The translations under genes were made by a program, and so were the position numbers. Source: Piedraia hortae CBS 480.64 (taxonomy: Eukaryota). Taken from it: a stretch of 64,000 nucleotides of DNA. Position 1 is the stretch's first letter. Each line of letters begins with the position of its first letter. The notes beneath the pieces are model-generated. The model was not told the origin of the DNA. It worked only from the letters and a program-made list of their open reading frames with translations, and did no database searches. Below, piece after piece: positions 22,638 to 34,214 of the stretch. The stretch spans positions 310,001-374,000 of the forward strand of contig MU005964.1 in NCBI GenBank assembly GCA_010093745.1, read 5' to 3'.

Positions 22638-24239
22638 ATGCCGATGATGACTTCTTCGGTCGCCGTCCATCCAGGTTTATCGCCAGAGGAAGACTATGGC
22701 CTTGATCCCGTGGCACAGTTCAATATTGCCGTCACCTCTACCGAGCACTATCCTGGCTTTGCAGAAGACACAAAGGGCCTGGGCATATATGTAAGCACGA
22801 TTCCGATGGCAACGGCATGAAATAGATGATACTGACAGTTACAGGGCTCTCACACACATTACCTAGAAGACCACAAGTACACCCATCAGCCTCCCACGCC
22901 GCGATCAAACACGGCAGATGATGGTGTGCGCACACGGTCAGGCCGCTCCACTCGTGGCGGTCGACTAAACTCGCCCTTGAGCTCTCTCTCCAAATCCCCA
23001 GCTCCCCCAAAGTCCCGCAAGGAAAAGAAGTCTGTCAAATCCAATGCGCCCAAGATTGACCAGCCCCTGTCTGTCCTCACCAAGGGCATGTCAGTACCCC
23101 TGAAGGACATGGACGCTTGGGTGAACCGTCCGGTGGAAACCCGACGACAAGAGGTCGAGAAGCGTAATGGATACGTTGCGCGACCAATGAACAGCTTCAT
23201 GCTCTACCGATCCGCCTATGCAGAGCGTACCAAGGCATGGTGCACTCAGAACAATCACCAGATTGTCAGCCGAGTGGCGGGAGAGTCGTGGCCCATGGAG
23301 CCGCAGGAGGTGCGAGATCAGTTCAGCGAGTGGGCGCGCATCGAGCGTGCGAATCACGCAGCTGCACATCCAGAGTACAAGTTTTCACCCTCCAAGCCGG
23401 CCAACAAGAAGCGAAAAAGCGACTTTTTCGAGGACGAGGAAGCGCTCAGCGACCTTGACGGTGACCCAGACAACGAGTGGAGAGGCGGACGCAGTGTCAG
23501 ACAACGACGAAGTGCGCCAAGGCAACAGGAGACTGTTTCCATTAACCAGACGTTTGGCTTCGACTCCAACCCCTACTACACTCGCCAATCTCCCATGTAC
23601 GATCAGAGCCTCTACAACTACGCCAACGCCTCGATGCAATCAACCATTGCCTTCGACGCTCACGGCATGCCCTACAACCCCCACACGGGCGCATATTATC
23701 GGCAGACTCACTTCCAGCAGGCGCAGTACACGCAGGGTTTGCGGGTACCCACGCCCGCCAGCGTCGTCAACGGCTGCATCTCTCAAAAAGAGCCATCCAT
23801 TGGCGGCTACGGCCTACCAGGTCAACAGCCACAGATCAGCGCAGACCAAGTATTTTCCCTATCACGCACCACGTCACCACAACAGCAATACGGCCACTAC
23901 GACCATTCCCTCTCACAACCCCAACCAAGCTACCCGCGCAGCATTCCCTACCAACACCTTTCCCTCCCCACCACGGAAGCCTACACCGAGCACCAAGCCT
24001 ACCTCCAAGCCGCCTCACAGCCGCGCACAGAAATCGACCCCAGCCTCGAAGCAGAGCTCGCCCCAAACGTACACGCTGGCGAAGCCGGCACGTCCAACAA
24101 CTTCTTCAACGGCTCTGTGCTAGGGGATCTGCACAACAACAACGATAACCAAGACCACGACGATGGCGCTTTGGAATTTCTTCAAGATCCCTCTGATGGT
24201 GCGCTGTTGCCTCCTTGGGCTACCAATGAGGTTGTCTGA
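22638..24239 (+). CDS. Sequence-specific HMG-box transcription factor (SOX/MATA_HMG type); 2 exons
   Basis: RPMNSFMLYRSAYAE...NNHQIVSRVAGESW...HPEYKFSP followed by a basic NLS. Intron 22791-22844 (GTAAGC...ACTGAC...CAG) joins ATG 22638 in frame. Confidence 0.88.
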
Positions 24240-24443
24240 TAAACAGTATGTTATGTTGAAAAAGGACGTGAGAAGTTAAAATACAGTGTCTTGTTTCCGT
24301 TGGCTGTTTGAAAGGTTTTTACAACCTGGTAATCTTAGAGTTGGTTAGAGGATATGGATATGCCTTTGACCTAGTCTGTATTTCACTCTGTAGTCCACAC
24401 AATGCATGTACAGTTTTACTTCGTTTTTGTATCTTTCCTGACC

Positions 24444-24444
<1 letters not shown>

Positions 24445-24474
<30 letters not shown>
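24445..24474 (+). repeat. Poly(C)30 homopolymer downstream of the HMG-box gene
   Basis: 30 consecutive C. Confidence 0.9.
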
Positions 24475-24477
<3 letters not shown>

Positions 24478-25029
24478 TCCTGTCAGGTTGTGGATGTAAT
24501 GGCTATTCTCCTCGACCACCTATCCTGTGATGTCATCATGTAATAGCTTTCTTCCACCTTTGTATCTCCCACACTGGTTTCATACAGCGCAAGTACGCCT
24601 TGCCTTCTCATATCTCTCAAACGTAACGGTTAGTTCTGCACATTTCGCTTTAAGGTTTGTACTTTGCACTCTAAATCCCCACGTTACAAGGATGGCTTGT
24701 TTTTAACCTAGTTATGACATGATCAGGCTATTGTGTGTACTTCAAGGCTGATTTGCCCTGTTGATTCGATGCTGGTGGAGATATATTCGTTCGAACTCCA
24801 TGTGTTAAGCCTTGGTTGAGATCGATTGCATCAAGATGTAAGTGGCTGGAGCGCCAAGCCTACGGAATTATTCCGTCGAAGAAAGTTTTCTAATTTCGCA
24901 AAGTTCATTACTTGGCACATTCTGGGATGATCAAGTCCTTTTCAAGTTTGGAGTGTCCATTTACGCAAATCACTAATGAGGCCAATTGACAGCTGCGAAT
25001 ACATAAAAACATCACATCATCTCATCTAA

Positions 25030-25983
25030 TTACAACATTCCCACAATGCTGCACAACACACAACTTCCTCCATTTCTCATTGCTCCCGCAGTAGACGTGG
25101 GCAGGTAGCTCAGCAGCTGGCTCGAATCGCTGCCCAAAACACCCGAACTGGCACTAGTCAATCTACTCGTGGCACTTTCAATTGCACTGCTAATCACACT
25201 GCTTGCCGACGCACCTCCCGTGCCAATGACGCCCTGATCCGTTGGGTTTTTGCCGGTCGTATTGTTTTCTGAACTCTCGGTCTTGGTAGCCGATTTAGAA
25301 GAGCTGCCCGTTCCATTAGAGAGTCCAGATACTCCGACCGCAACTGCAGTAGTCGTCATGGTCGTAGGCAAGCTCCCAGTACTGGCCAATGTAGTTGTGA
25401 GTAGAGGTTCCGATGTTGGTTGCGTCAAACTGCCGCCGACAACAAGCACAGCACTCGTCGAAGTTGATGTGCGTACACTGCTGATCATAGAAGTCGTCTT
25501 CGAAGCATCTGTGGGGAATGTTGCAGTACCAACAACGAGTGCCGTGCTCATGGAAGTCACCGGCGCGAACCCAGTGCTGATTGCCGTCAAGGTCTGAGAA
25601 GGAAGAGGCGAAACAGTCGATACAACAGTATTGGTTGTTCCTGGCGAGGCCGTAACCGTAGTTGTTGCGGGCAGAGGAGGCACACTCGGTGCCACAACAA
25701 TCGTATTAGATGGTGCAGTGACTGTCTGCACAGCTGTGTCACCTTTTGAGGGCTCTGGAACCACAAATGTCGCCGACGAAGAGGTAGGGACCGAAACAGT
25801 TGTTGTGAGGCCCGAAGACGAGCCGGGTACACCGCCAGTAATTGTCTCTGCGGAGCTTGCAGGTATTGTCGTGGTCGAAGTGGGTACCTGGCCCGAGAGG
25901 GTGGCCACAGGTGGCTGTGATCTCTGCCCATGGGCAAACTCTGCGAGGACACCGAAGATTACGAGGACATCGTGGCTACGCAT
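25030..25983 (-). CDS. Secreted Ser/Thr-rich cell-surface protein, possibly GPI-anchored
   Basis: Signal-peptide-like MRSHDVLVIFGVLAEFAHG, S/T/V/P-rich body, hydrophobic C-terminus (TSTAGAM...VLCSIVGML). Confidence 0.7.
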   Translation of the reverse strand: MRSHDVLVIFGVLAEFAHGQRSQPPVATLSGQVPTSTTTIPASSAETITGGVPGSSSGLTTTVSVPTSSSATFVVPEPSKGDTAVQTVTAPSNTIVVAPSVPPLPATTTVTASPGTTNTVVSTVSPLPSQTLTAISTGFAPVTSMSTALVVGTATFPTDASKTTSMISSVRTSTSTSAVLVVGGSLTQPTSEPLLTTTLASTGSLPTTMTTTAVAVGVSGLSNGTGSSSKSATKTESSENNTTGKNPTDQGVIGTGGASASSVISSAIESATSRLTSASSGVLGSDSSQLLSYLPTSTAGAMRNGGSCVLCSIVGML

Positions 25984-26465
25984 CTTGACAGGAATGCTTG
26001 ATGATGTTGTAAAGAAGATTGATAGGTATAGGGTGTAGCCAAGGATTGAAGATGAGAGTCGGTAGGAGAGGTTGGTGATGATGAGAAGAGAAGAAGAGTA
26101 CAAGGAAGCTGAATATAAGGTGAGATTGCGGTCAGCTTGGTCCACGGAACACTAAGTGCCATTGGAGGCAGGCACGACCCGGGAGTTGTCATGAACCTGA
26201 AACTCTGAAGTGTGTGTGATACTGCAAGTCCTGGGTCATTTTTGATCTGTCTGAAGAGTCAGCCTTCCAACGTTTGAAAAGGAACACAAATAATTACATA
26301 TCAAGCAAAAAGGGCAGAGATATAGATGCCTTTATGTGCATAAAATCATCTGGTGGGGTAAAAGGTAATACCATCGCATGGCTGTATGATACAACGCACA
26401 CGTCATTCAACGTAACCGTCACCGCAGGCGGTCCTCAAATGCTGGGACCTGTGATGATTAACCAG

Positions 26466-27179
26466 CTACTCTTCTACCTTCAAATCCTTCAACGACTCCA
26501 TGACATCCACGCCATCAGCATACTCATCGGCACCCTTCCCGGCCAAGCCCTGCAACCAAAGCTGCTTGCCCGTTAGCCTTTTCTCTTCAGCTTTCCCGCC
26601 CCGCCTCTTCTTCTCCTCAGCCTCCAACTCCGCATGCTTTCGCTCCGCCTCTTCTCGCATCTCTTTTTGAAACCTCTCTCTCCAGGCCATAAAGGACTCC
26701 TTCGTGACCTTTTCGCCTTCAAACTTTCTGTTTTCTTCTTCCTCGGCCTTTTGTAGCTCAAGGTCTTTTTGTGCTTGTAGCGCCGCTATTCGATCAGCAA
26801 CAAGCTGTTCAGCAGCCTCTTTGAGCGATGTTATCAAAGCATACACCATTGCCATGCTCATGTTCTCGTCAATAGTGGGCTGCAGTGACTCGAGCAGCTG
26901 AGCTTTGTCTTGGCGCACATCTAAATGTATATGCTTGGAGGCATTCGGCGGCTGGAACAGGTCGAGAATTGGAGGTTCATCGGGATATGCTTCTGGGTAG
27001 CGAACATGAAGGATAATGGCCGGATCGGCAGGAGTTTCTTCATCATCTTGTGCTGATGCTTCCTTTTCCAGCTCAAGGTTGACAGTTACACGGTATTCGC
27101 TCGGGGAAATGTCTTGAATCTCATCGGGAAATATGGCATCGATTACCTCGCGCTCTTCCTTTTGTTCTTGTGCGCCCAT
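26466..27179 (-). CDS. GIR2: RWD-domain protein Gir2/RWDD1 (DRG GTPase partner)
   Basis: EQKEEREVIDAIFPDEI, YPEAYPDEPP (RWD YPxxxP), GEKVTKESFMAW, RLTGKQLW. Confidence 0.9.
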   Translation of the reverse strand: MGAQEQKEEREVIDAIFPDEIQDISPSEYRVTVNLELEKEASAQDDEETPADPAIILHVRYPEAYPDEPPILDLFQPPNASKHIHLDVRQDKAQLLESLQPTIDENMSMAMVYALITSLKEAAEQLVADRIAALQAQKDLELQKAEEEENRKFEGEKVTKESFMAWRERFQKEMREEAERKHAELEAEEKKRRGGKAEEKRLTGKQLWLQGLAGKGADEYADGVDVMESLKDLKVEE

Positions 27180-27714
27180 CAATGGTTTATTCGCCTTGTT
27201 CAGAGTGACGTCGTTGCCTTTGCTGGTCAACGGCTGCGGAACGGCCCGATCAAGGCCACCAATCTGACTCAAGCACGACATGAAAGCCCAGTGCTGATAT
27301 CTCCAAAAACGTCCACCTTGCAGCAGCCCGCGATCTGTGTGCTACGCGGGATGAACGCTCAGCTCCATAGGAACTGCACCGTAGCGTGAATTCGCTTTTC
27401 CTGTCGTAGCTCAGATGCCCATTCCAGACTTCCCCCCACAAGAGAAACCAGAAGAATCCCTTCATTGTTCAACAATGCAGTTGTACACGTTTCTTTTTTG
27501 AAACTGCCTCACAGCTACAGCAGAGCGGTAACAGGTAGCAATACATGTCCCCCCCAGTACAGCATATGCAGGAATAAATTGATCGGCATCCAACCATGCA
27601 GGGATCTACCGCTATCCTTTTTTATTTTTCTTAACGCCATAGTGTGATGCATAGCCGCGAGCGTACTTCCCTCAGTCCCAAACCCGCACCACAAGTATAC
27701 CTATTCCAGTAGAG

Positions 27715-28668
27715 ATGGCGCTGACGGCGAGCGACCAAAGGGTGTTGATGCAGCTGGCGCATCTGCACAGCGGTAGCAACGCGCTGTTGACCTCTCATCT
27801 GTACCAGATACTGGGCATCTCGATAATGCTTTTACCCAAAATTTACAAGGCATCGGCTGTGCGCAAGTTGGATCCCACGCGGGAGACAAAGTCGCTGTTG
27901 CTGTATCATCATATCCGCTTCCTGGCGCGCGAAGGCTTGGCCATCTTAGAGGTCTACGTCTTGCCCTTTTTCCGCGCAGAGCAAAGTAACCAGCAGGGAA
28001 ACGCGCTCGGAGAGAAGCTCCGCGGTGCGTTCTGGCGTATACTGGCCCTGTATGGCAAGGGTGGGAACAGAGATTCTCCGCGTTCAGCCATGGATCAGGC
28101 AAAGTCGGCCTACGCAACGGCTTACAAGTTCGCAGAGAAGATGCCCCCAACAGATGCGTTGAGGCTGTCTACGACGTTGGAATACGCTTCCATCTTGTTG
28201 CTGGGAAACAATCACGGGGCGTCTGGAGAGACTGATCGGTCAACCGCCAAGAGGATAGCAAAGAGGGCTATAAGGGAAGTTTACGATTCAAAACAAGGAT
28301 TAACCGATGAAGAGTTTGCAGAGGCAAGCGCGTTGGTCAAAAGTTTGGCTCAAGTTGCGACCAATGCTGCCGGTGAGACTCTGGTCCAAAAGGACAGCGG
28401 CATATGGCAGAGCGAGGGCCAAGAACAAACTTCTCAGGCAGGAAAGGACCAAAGTGACAGCACCAGAAGGAGGAGTTCTATCTTGAAAACCCCCGACCTG
28501 TTCCCAGCAGCAGCAAGAGAAAAGCAGCTCAAAGACAAGGAAGCAAAACGCAGGGCATGCGAAAGAGCAGAAGAGATTCTTCGGACGAGTGCCAGCAAAT
28601 CACTGCACCAGGTGCAAACGCCATTGTCAAGCCATTCATTAGGAAATCATAGAGAAGCAACCTCATAG
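27715..28668 (+). CDS. Divergent 14-3-3-like protein
   Basis: KLRGAFWRILA, AKSAYATAYKFAEKMPPTDALRLSTTLEY and IAKRAIREV align with 14-3-3 helices 5-8. Confidence 0.65.
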   Translation: MALTASDQRVLMQLAHLHSGSNALLTSHLYQILGISIMLLPKIYKASAVRKLDPTRETKSLLLYHHIRFLAREGLAILEVYVLPFFRAEQSNQQGNALGEKLRGAFWRILALYGKGGNRDSPRSAMDQAKSAYATAYKFAEKMPPTDALRLSTTLEYASILLLGNNHGASGETDRSTAKRIAKRAIREVYDSKQGLTDEEFAEASALVKSLAQVATNAAGETLVQKDSGIWQSEGQEQTSQAGKDQSDSTRRRSSILKTPDLFPAAAREKQLKDKEAKRRACERAEEILRTSASKSLHQVQTPLSSHSLGNHREATS

Positions 28669-28696
28669 CTACTGGCATCCCTCACACGCTGCTAAA

Positions 28697-30011
28697 CTAC
28701 AACTCGGCCTTGGCCTCGGCAGAAGCCTTGCGCGCCGCAGACGATGCCGCAGCAGCAGCATTCTCACCCTTCTTGCTTGCGCTCTTGCTCGCGCTCGATG
28801 CCGCCTTGGAAGCCAGCGAAGAGATCGACGACGAAGACGAGGCCGCACGAACAGATGCAGAGCTGAGGCTGGACTTAGCCTCGGCAGATGCCAGACCAAG
28901 GTTGTTCATAATCTGATCATAGAAGTTCTGGAACGATCCGTAGAGGCCTGCCGTGGCCTGGGCATACATGTTGCCAGCAGAAGTAGTAGCTGCACCATAA
29001 GCCTTCGAGGCCGATGAAGCCGCATTATTACCGCTGAGAGCAGCCGCATGCTTGCGCGCCAAAGCGATCAATTCGTTACGCTTGCTGCCCTGAGGGACCT
29101 TAATTCCATTGCGATCGCACCACTCCTTGATTTGGCTGTCGCTCCAGCTCTCCAACAAGGCATCGCTGAGGGTGTGCTGGGCAGCCTCAGCAGACTTGGA
29201 CAGAGAAGAGTACTGAGCCTGGGCACGGTCCGCAGCCAACTTGGAGTTGCGACGAATCTGGGCAATCATCTTGTCACGGCTGCCGGGCTGGGGAACGGGC
29301 ACGCCGCGCTCGTCCAACCATTCCTTCAGTTCCGAATCGGACCAAGCCTTGTAGAGCCAGTTGCCGGGATAAGCCGACGTCTCACCAGCCTTCTTGGCAG
29401 CTTCGTGATAGTTTGCACGCGCCGTGTGCAAGAGGGAGTCACGCGTGCGCGGCGACGGATTGGGGATGCTGTGGTTATCCAGGAAAGCCTTGAGCTGCGA
29501 CTCCGTCCAGCTAGTCCACTTGTTAGCATAATTCCTAAACTAGTTTCATGATGATCATAGCTCACCTGTCAAAGATCCAAGTCTGGACCTGCGAGTATGC
29601 GTCATTAACGTTATTCGCAGTGTCCTTCCAAGCAGCCTGGACTTGCTTCAGCAAGCTATCCTTGTTGTTCTCAGTGCCCTTCTTGATCTCATAGCCTTGC
29701 GACTGGAGATAGTGGGACAACTGGCGCGCATCCCATTTGTTGTAGGGCTTCACGACATTGTCTTCCCAGTTGGCCTGCACCTTGTCCAGCAATTCCTTAC
29801 GGTCCGCAGGGGTCGGGAACGACACATCATGATCCGAGAGCCAGCGCTCCAGCTCAGTCTCGTGCCACTTGTTGTAAGCATGGCGGGCTAGAGAGTCAGT
29901 AATGTCATCAACAAGGTTACCACGCTTACAAGTGTCGGTGCCCAAGATGTTGCCGACAACGCACTGGGACGCCAAAGCGACAACGGTGATGGTAGAAAAG
30001 CCAAACTTCAT
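28697..30011 (-). CDS. ish1: Ish1/Msc1-family stress-responsive nuclear envelope protein; 3 exons
   Basis: Signal peptide then repeated W(S/T)xS(E/Q)LKxWLDxxG(I/V)xxP motifs. Introns 29929-29888 (42 nt) and 29565-29511 (55 nt). Confidence 0.88.
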
Positions 30012-31109
30012 GACGGCGGTTGTAGAACGAGGCAAAGGTGGTGTGGGCGTAGGGTAGCAAGAACGAGAAAGGGGAATTTGTTCAAGTGGCGGAGCTACCC
30101 TTTTTACGTCATACGGCCCAAGCTCTTGCTGGATCTCACATGTGTTACGTCACTCACCTCTCACCGCACCTGCCTTGACACGCTGCGTCATTGCCTCTGG
30201 TGGGGAAAAGGTTTGCCGTACTCCGCGAAGGTTAAGCCCCATGTAGAAGAATCTTGGTGAAGCACTCTCTAGCCAGTGCATCGTATGCTACACAGAAGCC
30301 ACGGCCGTCGACTAGACCCATCTCGGTCTCAGGGTGTCACCATGCGCTAGTACTCTTTTGTTGTAGCGCAACGGTAAAGGGTAGGCCGCAATCAACGGTC
30401 GCCTGATCTTTCACATGGGGCGCACGTTGGCAATCAAGACGCCTCGTTAGAATCCCCGTGCTACTTATCCTCTTGCGTCGTGATCATCAGTCTTCCCGTC
30501 TGAATTTATAGGTCCCAATGGGCCAAGAAGTGACGGGCCAAGCCACACAACTTGGCATGCCCCACAATCAAAGTAAAATTTGCATTTGATGTCTTGAGGG
30601 AAACACCAGAAAGTTGGTCGCCCCCCCCCCAATTATGAACTGATTTGTCCTCTCTTCTTCGTGGGAATAAGCGAACCGGAGCATTCCAGAGCATACGCTC
30701 TGTAACGAGTCAACGGGAGCGATTGGATAGCATGTAGGTAAATTCCCATACTTGTGGTAGCCTAATCCTCGCCTCACAATGAGGAAAGGGTGTGCCGGTG
30801 CGGTGTATATACCTTGACAAAAGATATCTGTGACTCGAAAGCTTTGCTACTTCTCATGACTCATGCCTTTCCACCAAGCGTCAACCTCGACTTTCCCCTG
30901 GAGGGCGCATTAAAGGTCGAAAGACACCTTTTGGTTTTCACACCAGTCGATGAAGGCATTCGGTTACACTAGCCGAAGGAATTTCACTGAGGGAAGCATT
31001 CCCGCATTACTGCAATTGCGATGGTGTGCGTTCATGGTTCTTCGGGGCGGCCGCCTGTCCGAGGCAGCCCCGCAGTACGAACACTTCCCTCGTTGTCGCA
31101 ACCAAGAAA

Positions 31110-32683
31110 ATGGAGAAACGAGGTCGCGAGCCTTCGACAGAGAGACTGTCTAGCCATAAACGTCAAAAGGTGTCCAACGGGCTTCCTGAACTCTGTGACG
31201 AACTCATTTTACACATCTTCTCCTACTTGACTGCATCACAGCTGGCGGCCTGCCAAAGGTAAGCCATTGATTAGATTCCTGCAAACGAGGAACTTGCTGC
31301 TCACGGCAAAGGCTCTCACGCAAATTCCAATTGTTGGCCGAGGATGGGCAATTGTGGAAGGCCCTCTACTACAATCGCTTTGCAAAGCCAAGATTGAATC
31401 TAATACCCAAAGAGATCGAAACACCGCGCAAATGGCTCGACGAGGACCAACCAATGGAGTCAAGCAAACCTAGAAACTGGATGAAGCAGTACAAACTTGA
31501 GCTCAATTGGGTAAGAGGCATCTGCGCTGTGCGGGAGATTGAGGTCGCAAGCCAAGCAACCGTACCGCCAACTTTGATCAAACTGAGTGATGGCAAAATA
31601 TACATGGCTGATCACAATGATGGCTTGAGTGCATGGCAAATTAAGGGCGAACGCCGTGAGCTGGCGCAGACGCCGTTAGTTTCCCCCTCCAAGAGCCCAC
31701 CTCAAACGCCCACAGCATTGGCTGTCGACTCGGAGGAAGCGACATGCAAGATTCTGGTGGCATTTGAAGACGGTAGTTTCCAGATCTACTTGTTGGACCA
31801 GACTTCCTCCAGCATCAAACATGGCTACAGTCACCCGCCTTCCTCAGATGGACCTCTTGTTGATGTGGCTCTAGCATGGCCGTATGCTGTTACCTTGTCC
31901 GAGTCCCAGACTCTTTCGCTCTATCAATTCCACGACCACCCCTCATGTGGGCAAACATCCAGTCTGGAAGCTCCTCGACTACTGCACTCATTAAAGGGTC
32001 GCTCAGTACAGCCTCCATGTTCAATATCGATCAGACTGATTGAATCCAGAATCATCATCTCAATCATAGATTCGGTCGCCACTCTTTTCACTGGCTGGAC
32101 AGTCGCAATTCAAGAGATACGTGTCTCTCCAGACGGTGACCTCTGCGAGTCCAACATAGCATCGGCAATCGGCAAATATGGTCGTCCGCCAGCTCCATCG
32201 CTTCTCCCATTCATTAGCACTCGACGGAGTTTGGCGAAACCCATCACAGTATCCTACACCCATCCATACCTACTGGTTTCTCGCCCAAACAACACACTAA
32301 GCTTGTATGTGGTGGAGTCTACAGGTGCCAGTCTCTCGATCGGCACAGAAACCTGCCTCTGGGGACATACTTCTGCAGTCTTGGGGGCACAGGTCAGTGG
32401 CAATGGCAAGGCGGTGTCGGTTAGCCAACTCGGTGAAGAATTAAGAGTTTGGGAGCTACACGGTGGCGACACAAAATCATCAGCATGCGAGCTTAGTGTA
32501 AAGCTCAAACCAGATGTGCGCAGCCAAAACTCTGTGGCTCCCAGTCGAGAATCTGATGCGCCCAGCCGAGAACCTAAGACGGCCCCAAATCGCGGCTGGA
32601 TAGATTTTGATGACGAGAATGTCATGCTTCTGAAAGAACAAACGCACGGTGGACAGGCGTTGGTTGTCTATGACTTTACCTGA
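31110..32683 (+). CDS. F-box protein with WD40-like C-terminus; 2 exons
   Basis: LPELCDELILHIFSYL...ACQR|LSRKFQLLAEDGQLWK. Intron 31259-31311 (GTAAGC...AAG). LWGHTSAV...ELRVWEL. Confidence 0.85.
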
Positions 32684-32957
32684 AGCTGGATTTTGTGGAC
32701 GGCAAGTACTCAAATCGAGGTAGCTCTGGTAATGAGGCAGTTTATGATTATGCACGATCGTACACCCAAAGCTTGAGCGGTGACCACGCACTCCGAGGCC
32801 TCGCAGCCACGTTTCCTAGTATATGAGGCCTTCATAGCACTTCCTAGCCCAATTGTAGTTCGGTATGAGCGAGATTTACATGTGCCTTCTTGAGTACGTA
32901 ACCCTTTTTTTTTTTTTTTTTGGGTTGCGCTACGGCTCGACCCAACGTCTCTCATCA

Positions 32958-34214
32958 ATGCGCATACCTCATAGGTGCTTGCGGAAGAATCCGTGTCCCA
33001 GCCTGCACCTCTCATGGTCACAAATCACACGGAGATCATTACATATCACATCGCCTCGTCCTTCCTGTATGACTGCACTTGTCGCTGCTGTAGCCACACC
33101 AGCCACAGCAACTGCTCGGCCGTCAGATGTGGAGGATAAAGCGCACCACAGCAAGAACAGCAAGGGGTTCATAAATCCATGGCCTTCATATCAAGAATTT
33201 AGTGTGTTGCAGATGATCGGAAAAGTGGCCTGGCAGCGTTTGACGGGACAGTGGAAAACTCCAGACACTACACCACCTACAGTTACGGTGCGGAAACCAG
33301 AGTTTCTCCCAACTAGACAGACAGAAAGACTCCGAGCAACATGGTTGGGTCATGCTTGCTACTACATAGAGTTCCCAGGCGGTCTGCGCGTACTGTTTGA
33401 TCCAGTCTTTACAGACCGATGCAGTCCGTTCAGCTTTCTTGGACCAAAGAGATACACTGAAATGCCCTGTCAGATTAGCCACCTACCATTCATCGATGCA
33501 GTTATTATTTCGCACAGTCACTACGACCACATGTCTCATCCTACACTCAAGGCCATTGCAGAGCAACATCCACATGCACAATTCTTTGTAGGCCTTGGGA
33601 ACAAGGCGTGGTTTGCAAAGGCGGGACTATCAGACAGGAACGTGGCCGAACTGGACTGGTGGGAAGAGCGTACTCTCACTCTATCTGGCGATGATGGAGT
33701 TGGACATGTGGAAGCTACAATTGGCTGCCTGCCCAGTCAACACACATCTGCTCGCACACCGTTTGATAAAGGTCGCACACTCTGGGCCTCGTGGTTTGTT
33801 TCATCTGGCAATAGAAAGATCTGGTTTGCAGGAGATACGGGCTATCGACGGGTGCCACATCTTCCTCCAGGTGAGTTTGACTACTCGGAGAAGTACAACC
33901 ATCTCCCGCATTGCCCTGCATTCAAGCAAATTGGTCAGCTGCGAGGGCCATTTGATCTCGGGCTTATTCCCATCGGGGCATACGACCCTAGATGGATCAT
34001 GAGTCCCATGCATGCCAACCCGTACGACAGTGTCAACATTTTCGAGGATTCCCAATGTCAAAGAGCACTGGGGATGCACTGGGGTACATGGGTTCTGACG
34101 ACAGAAGACGTGCTTGAGCCACCTCGCCTGCTCAAACAAGCCCTCGCATGGAAAGGCTTGCCGGAACAGGGCGTATTCGATACCTGTGACATTGGCGAGA
34201 GCAAGGAATACTGA
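32958..34214 (+). CDS. NAPE-hydrolysing phospholipase D family metallo-beta-lactamase (Fmp30-like)
   Basis: WLGHA, FDPVF, ISHSHYDH, FAGDTGY, PIGAYDPRW, GMHWGTW. Start uncertain (32958 gives a presequence-like N-terminus; 33069 is an alternative). Confidence 0.9.
   Translation: MRIPHRCLRKNPCPSLHLSWSQITRRSLHITSPRPSCMTALVAAVATPATATARPSDVEDKAHHSKNSKGFINPWPSYQEFSVLQMIGKVAWQRLTGQWKTPDTTPPTVTVRKPEFLPTRQTERLRATWLGHACYYIEFPGGLRVLFDPVFTDRCSPFSFLGPKRYTEMPCQISHLPFIDAVIISHSHYDHMSHPTLKAIAEQHPHAQFFVGLGNKAWFAKAGLSDRNVAELDWWEERTLTLSGDDGVGHVEATIGCLPSQHTSARTPFDKGRTLWASWFVSSGNRKIWFAGDTGYRRVPHLPPGEFDYSEKYNHLPHCPAFKQIGQLRGPFDLGLIPIGAYDPRWIMSPMHANPYDSVNIFEDSQCQRALGMHWGTWVLTTEDVLEPPRLLKQALAWKGLPEQGVFDTCDIGESKEY

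Noticed and set aside
23218..24123. Long alternative-frame or antisense ORFs (e.g. 23218-24123, 56310-57176, 54936-55766, 12616-13380)
   Set aside because: Shadows of real genes in GC-rich or skewed, low-complexity sequence; no independent motifs.
22638..24239. HMG-box gene as the mating-type gene MAT1-2-1
   Set aside because: No APN2/SLA2-type neighbours, no intron inside the HMG box, and the box reads like a non-MAT HMG regulator.
30225..30250. Minus-strand ACATGGGGCTTAAC resembling the RNase MRP CR-V motif
   Set aside because: No matching CR-I (AAGTCCCC) partner found upstream; an Rfam search would be needed.
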